Of a DNA stretch of 8,388 bases, positions 7,558 to 8,388 are shown in pieces (position 1 is the stretch's first letter; each line of letters begins with the position of its first letter). The position numbers and the translations under genes are program-made. The stretch lies in contig JADFSZ010000071.1 of NCBI GenBank assembly GCA_022560555.1, forward strand, positions 1-8,388. Reading direction: 5' to 3'. Under the pieces are notes generated by a model, which saw nothing but the letters and a program-made list of their open reading frames with translations, ran no database searches and was not told the origin of the DNA. The stretch comes from PVC group bacterium (GTDB lineage: Bacteria; GCA-001730085; JADFSZ01).

Positions 7558-7599
7558 TTTTTTCAATGAACATACTTTTTCAATGAGAATCCTTTTTTT
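7558..7599. repeat. 17-nt-period tandem duplication of the arsC translation-initiation region (about 2.5 copies)
   Basis: TTTTTCAATGAACATAC (c at 7564) is followed by TTTTTCAATGAGAATCC (c at 7581), then TTTTTTTATG. The second copy contains the arsC ATG (7583). The first copy contains ATG 7566, which opens MNILFQ* and ends at TGA 7584..7586. Confidence 0.6.
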
Positions 7600-8008
7600 A
7601 TGTACCGGAAATTCTTGCCGAAGCCAGATGGCTGAAGGATGGGCCCGTCATCTCAAGGGGGATGTGATAGATGCCTGTTCTGCGGGTACCGTTGCCAAAG
7701 GCTTGAATCCTAGGGCCGTGGAAGTTATGGCGGAAGCCGGGGTGGACATTTCAGGCCAAACGTCTAAGACCGTTCAGACCGTTATGTCACTTCCTTTCGA
7801 CTATGTTGTAACGGTATGTGCTCATGCCCATGAAACGTGTCCTGTTTTTCCGGGAAAAGTAAAGGTTGTGCATGCGGGATTTGACGAGGCTCCGGAACTC
7901 GCCAAAAATGCCGTGTCCTATGAAGACGCGCTCAAACATTATCGACGTGTACGGGATGAAATTCGTGATTTTATCCAAAAACTTCCGCGGGTACTCACCC
8001 ATCCATAA
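7583..8008 (+). CDS. arsC: Arsenate reductase, thioredoxin-coupled / low-molecular-weight phosphotyrosine phosphatase family
   Basis: The 141-aa ORF is collinear with S. aureus pI258-type ArsC. It has the P-loop LCTGNSCRSQMAEGW (Cys7, Arg13), the Cys79-x6-Cys86 pair in VTVCAHAHETCP matching the Cys82/Cys89 relay, GFDEAP with the acid Asp, and the C-terminal YRRVRDEIRDFI. No SD is visible upstream. Confidence 0.85.
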   Translation: MRILFLCTGNSCRSQMAEGWARHLKGDVIDACSAGTVAKGLNPRAVEVMAEAGVDISGQTSKTVQTVMSLPFDYVVTVCAHAHETCPVFPGKVKVVHAGFDEAPELAKNAVSYEDALKHYRRVRDEIRDFIQKLPRVLTHP

Positions 8009-8031
8009 TACTTGTCAGCAGGGATGGGGCC

Positions 8032-8253
8032 TTAGATGTCTTTCCCTCTTAAACTGATAAACATTAAAATCAATAAAACCAGTGAACCAAATCCAAAGCC
8101 TATTTTCAACTTACTATATTCAAGAAAAGATATCATTTTGTCCGGGCTAAATAAGTTAGAAATATACATTCCAATCCCACCTATAAAATGAAACAAACTA
8201 ACAACGAACCACAGGCTTAACACGGCTTTAATATTTCTTTCTTTCTTTTCCAT
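8032..8253 (-). CDS. Hypothetical small membrane protein (two predicted TM helices)
   Basis: The 73-aa ORF starts with ATG, and GGAG lies about 8 nt upstream. It has two hydrophobic segments, AVLSLWFVVSLFHFIGGIGMYI and IGFGFGSLVLLILMFISL. I recognise no family. Confidence 0.55.
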   Translation of the reverse strand: MEKKERNIKAVLSLWFVVSLFHFIGGIGMYISNLFSPDKMISFLEYSKLKIGFGFGSLVLLILMFISLRGKDI

Positions 8254-8388
8254 AACGTTGCTCCAAAAAATGCTTTAGATACCCGGCGTGCCGGCCAAAG
8301 GCGGATAGCCCTCACACAATTTAATTTGATTTACCACTCAATGGGTGTGCGGTTACGAAAGTATTGACAACTCGCCGCCCCATCATCC

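Noticed and set aside
8009-8031. Expected a bidirectional terminator between convergent arsC and the 73-aa gene
   Set aside because: The 23-nt gap contains no inverted repeat, so nothing can be called.
7787-8057. ORFs 7787..8002 (-) and 7866..8057 (+) overlapping arsC
   Set aside because: arsC is collinear with the pI258-type ArsC family across this span. The overlapping ORFs have no motifs or start signals.
8254-8388. Right-edge sequence with two minus-strand frames open from the window edge (ending TAA 8333..8331, ...CQYFRNRTPIEW*, or TAA 8323..8321, ...TAHPLSGKSN*) and a plus-strand perfect TTGACA at 8364..8369
   Set aside because: With fewer than 20 codons and no recognisable motif I cannot decide which frame, if any, is a real gene end. 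The -10 partner of the TTGACA would lie beyond the window. The CCGG-CACG-CCGG hairpin near 8288..8300 is too weak to call a terminator.
1-8388. Scan for CRISPR repeats, IS or terminal inverted repeats, integrase/transposase/toxin-antitoxin-like ORFs, and tRNA genes
   Set aside because: I found no periodic repeat-spacer structure, no mobile-element-like proteins and no cloverleaf-capable intergenic segments. All intergenic regions are 170 nt or shorter. The window looks like core genome, not an accessory island.

Overview
This window is a densely packed, moderately AT-rich bacterial core-genome region. I found no CRISPR array, transposase or integrase, tRNA or rRNA, recognisable defence system or biosynthetic cluster. 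The minus strand carries one tightly spaced co-directional array: smpB, metK, ahcY, a small secreted hypothetical, purE, tsaC, and a prepilin-type (DUF1559-like) gene that runs off the left edge and is missing from the ORF track. A near-consensus sigma70 promoter lies just upstream of smpB. To the right, a small membrane-anchored hypothetical (-) and an AsmA/TamB-like envelope protein (+) are divergently transcribed. These are followed by a thioredoxin-type arsC/LMW-phosphatase homologue (+) and a convergent 73-aa two-helix membrane protein (-). Several ORF-track starts are TTG/GTG or upstream-ATG extensions, and I propose shorter ATG starts supported by Shine-Dalgarno or promoter placement. 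I see no convincing novel system. The items worth a second look are small-scale: an A9 slippery run that puts tsaC in the -1 frame of purE, a 17-nt tandem duplication of the arsC initiation region that creates a 6-codon uORF, the unusual C-terminal tail of the AsmA-like protein, and a secreted protein embedded among cytoplasmic housekeeping genes. The prepilin/DUF1559-like gene hints at a PVC-superphylum or related candidate-phylum genome, at low confidence.
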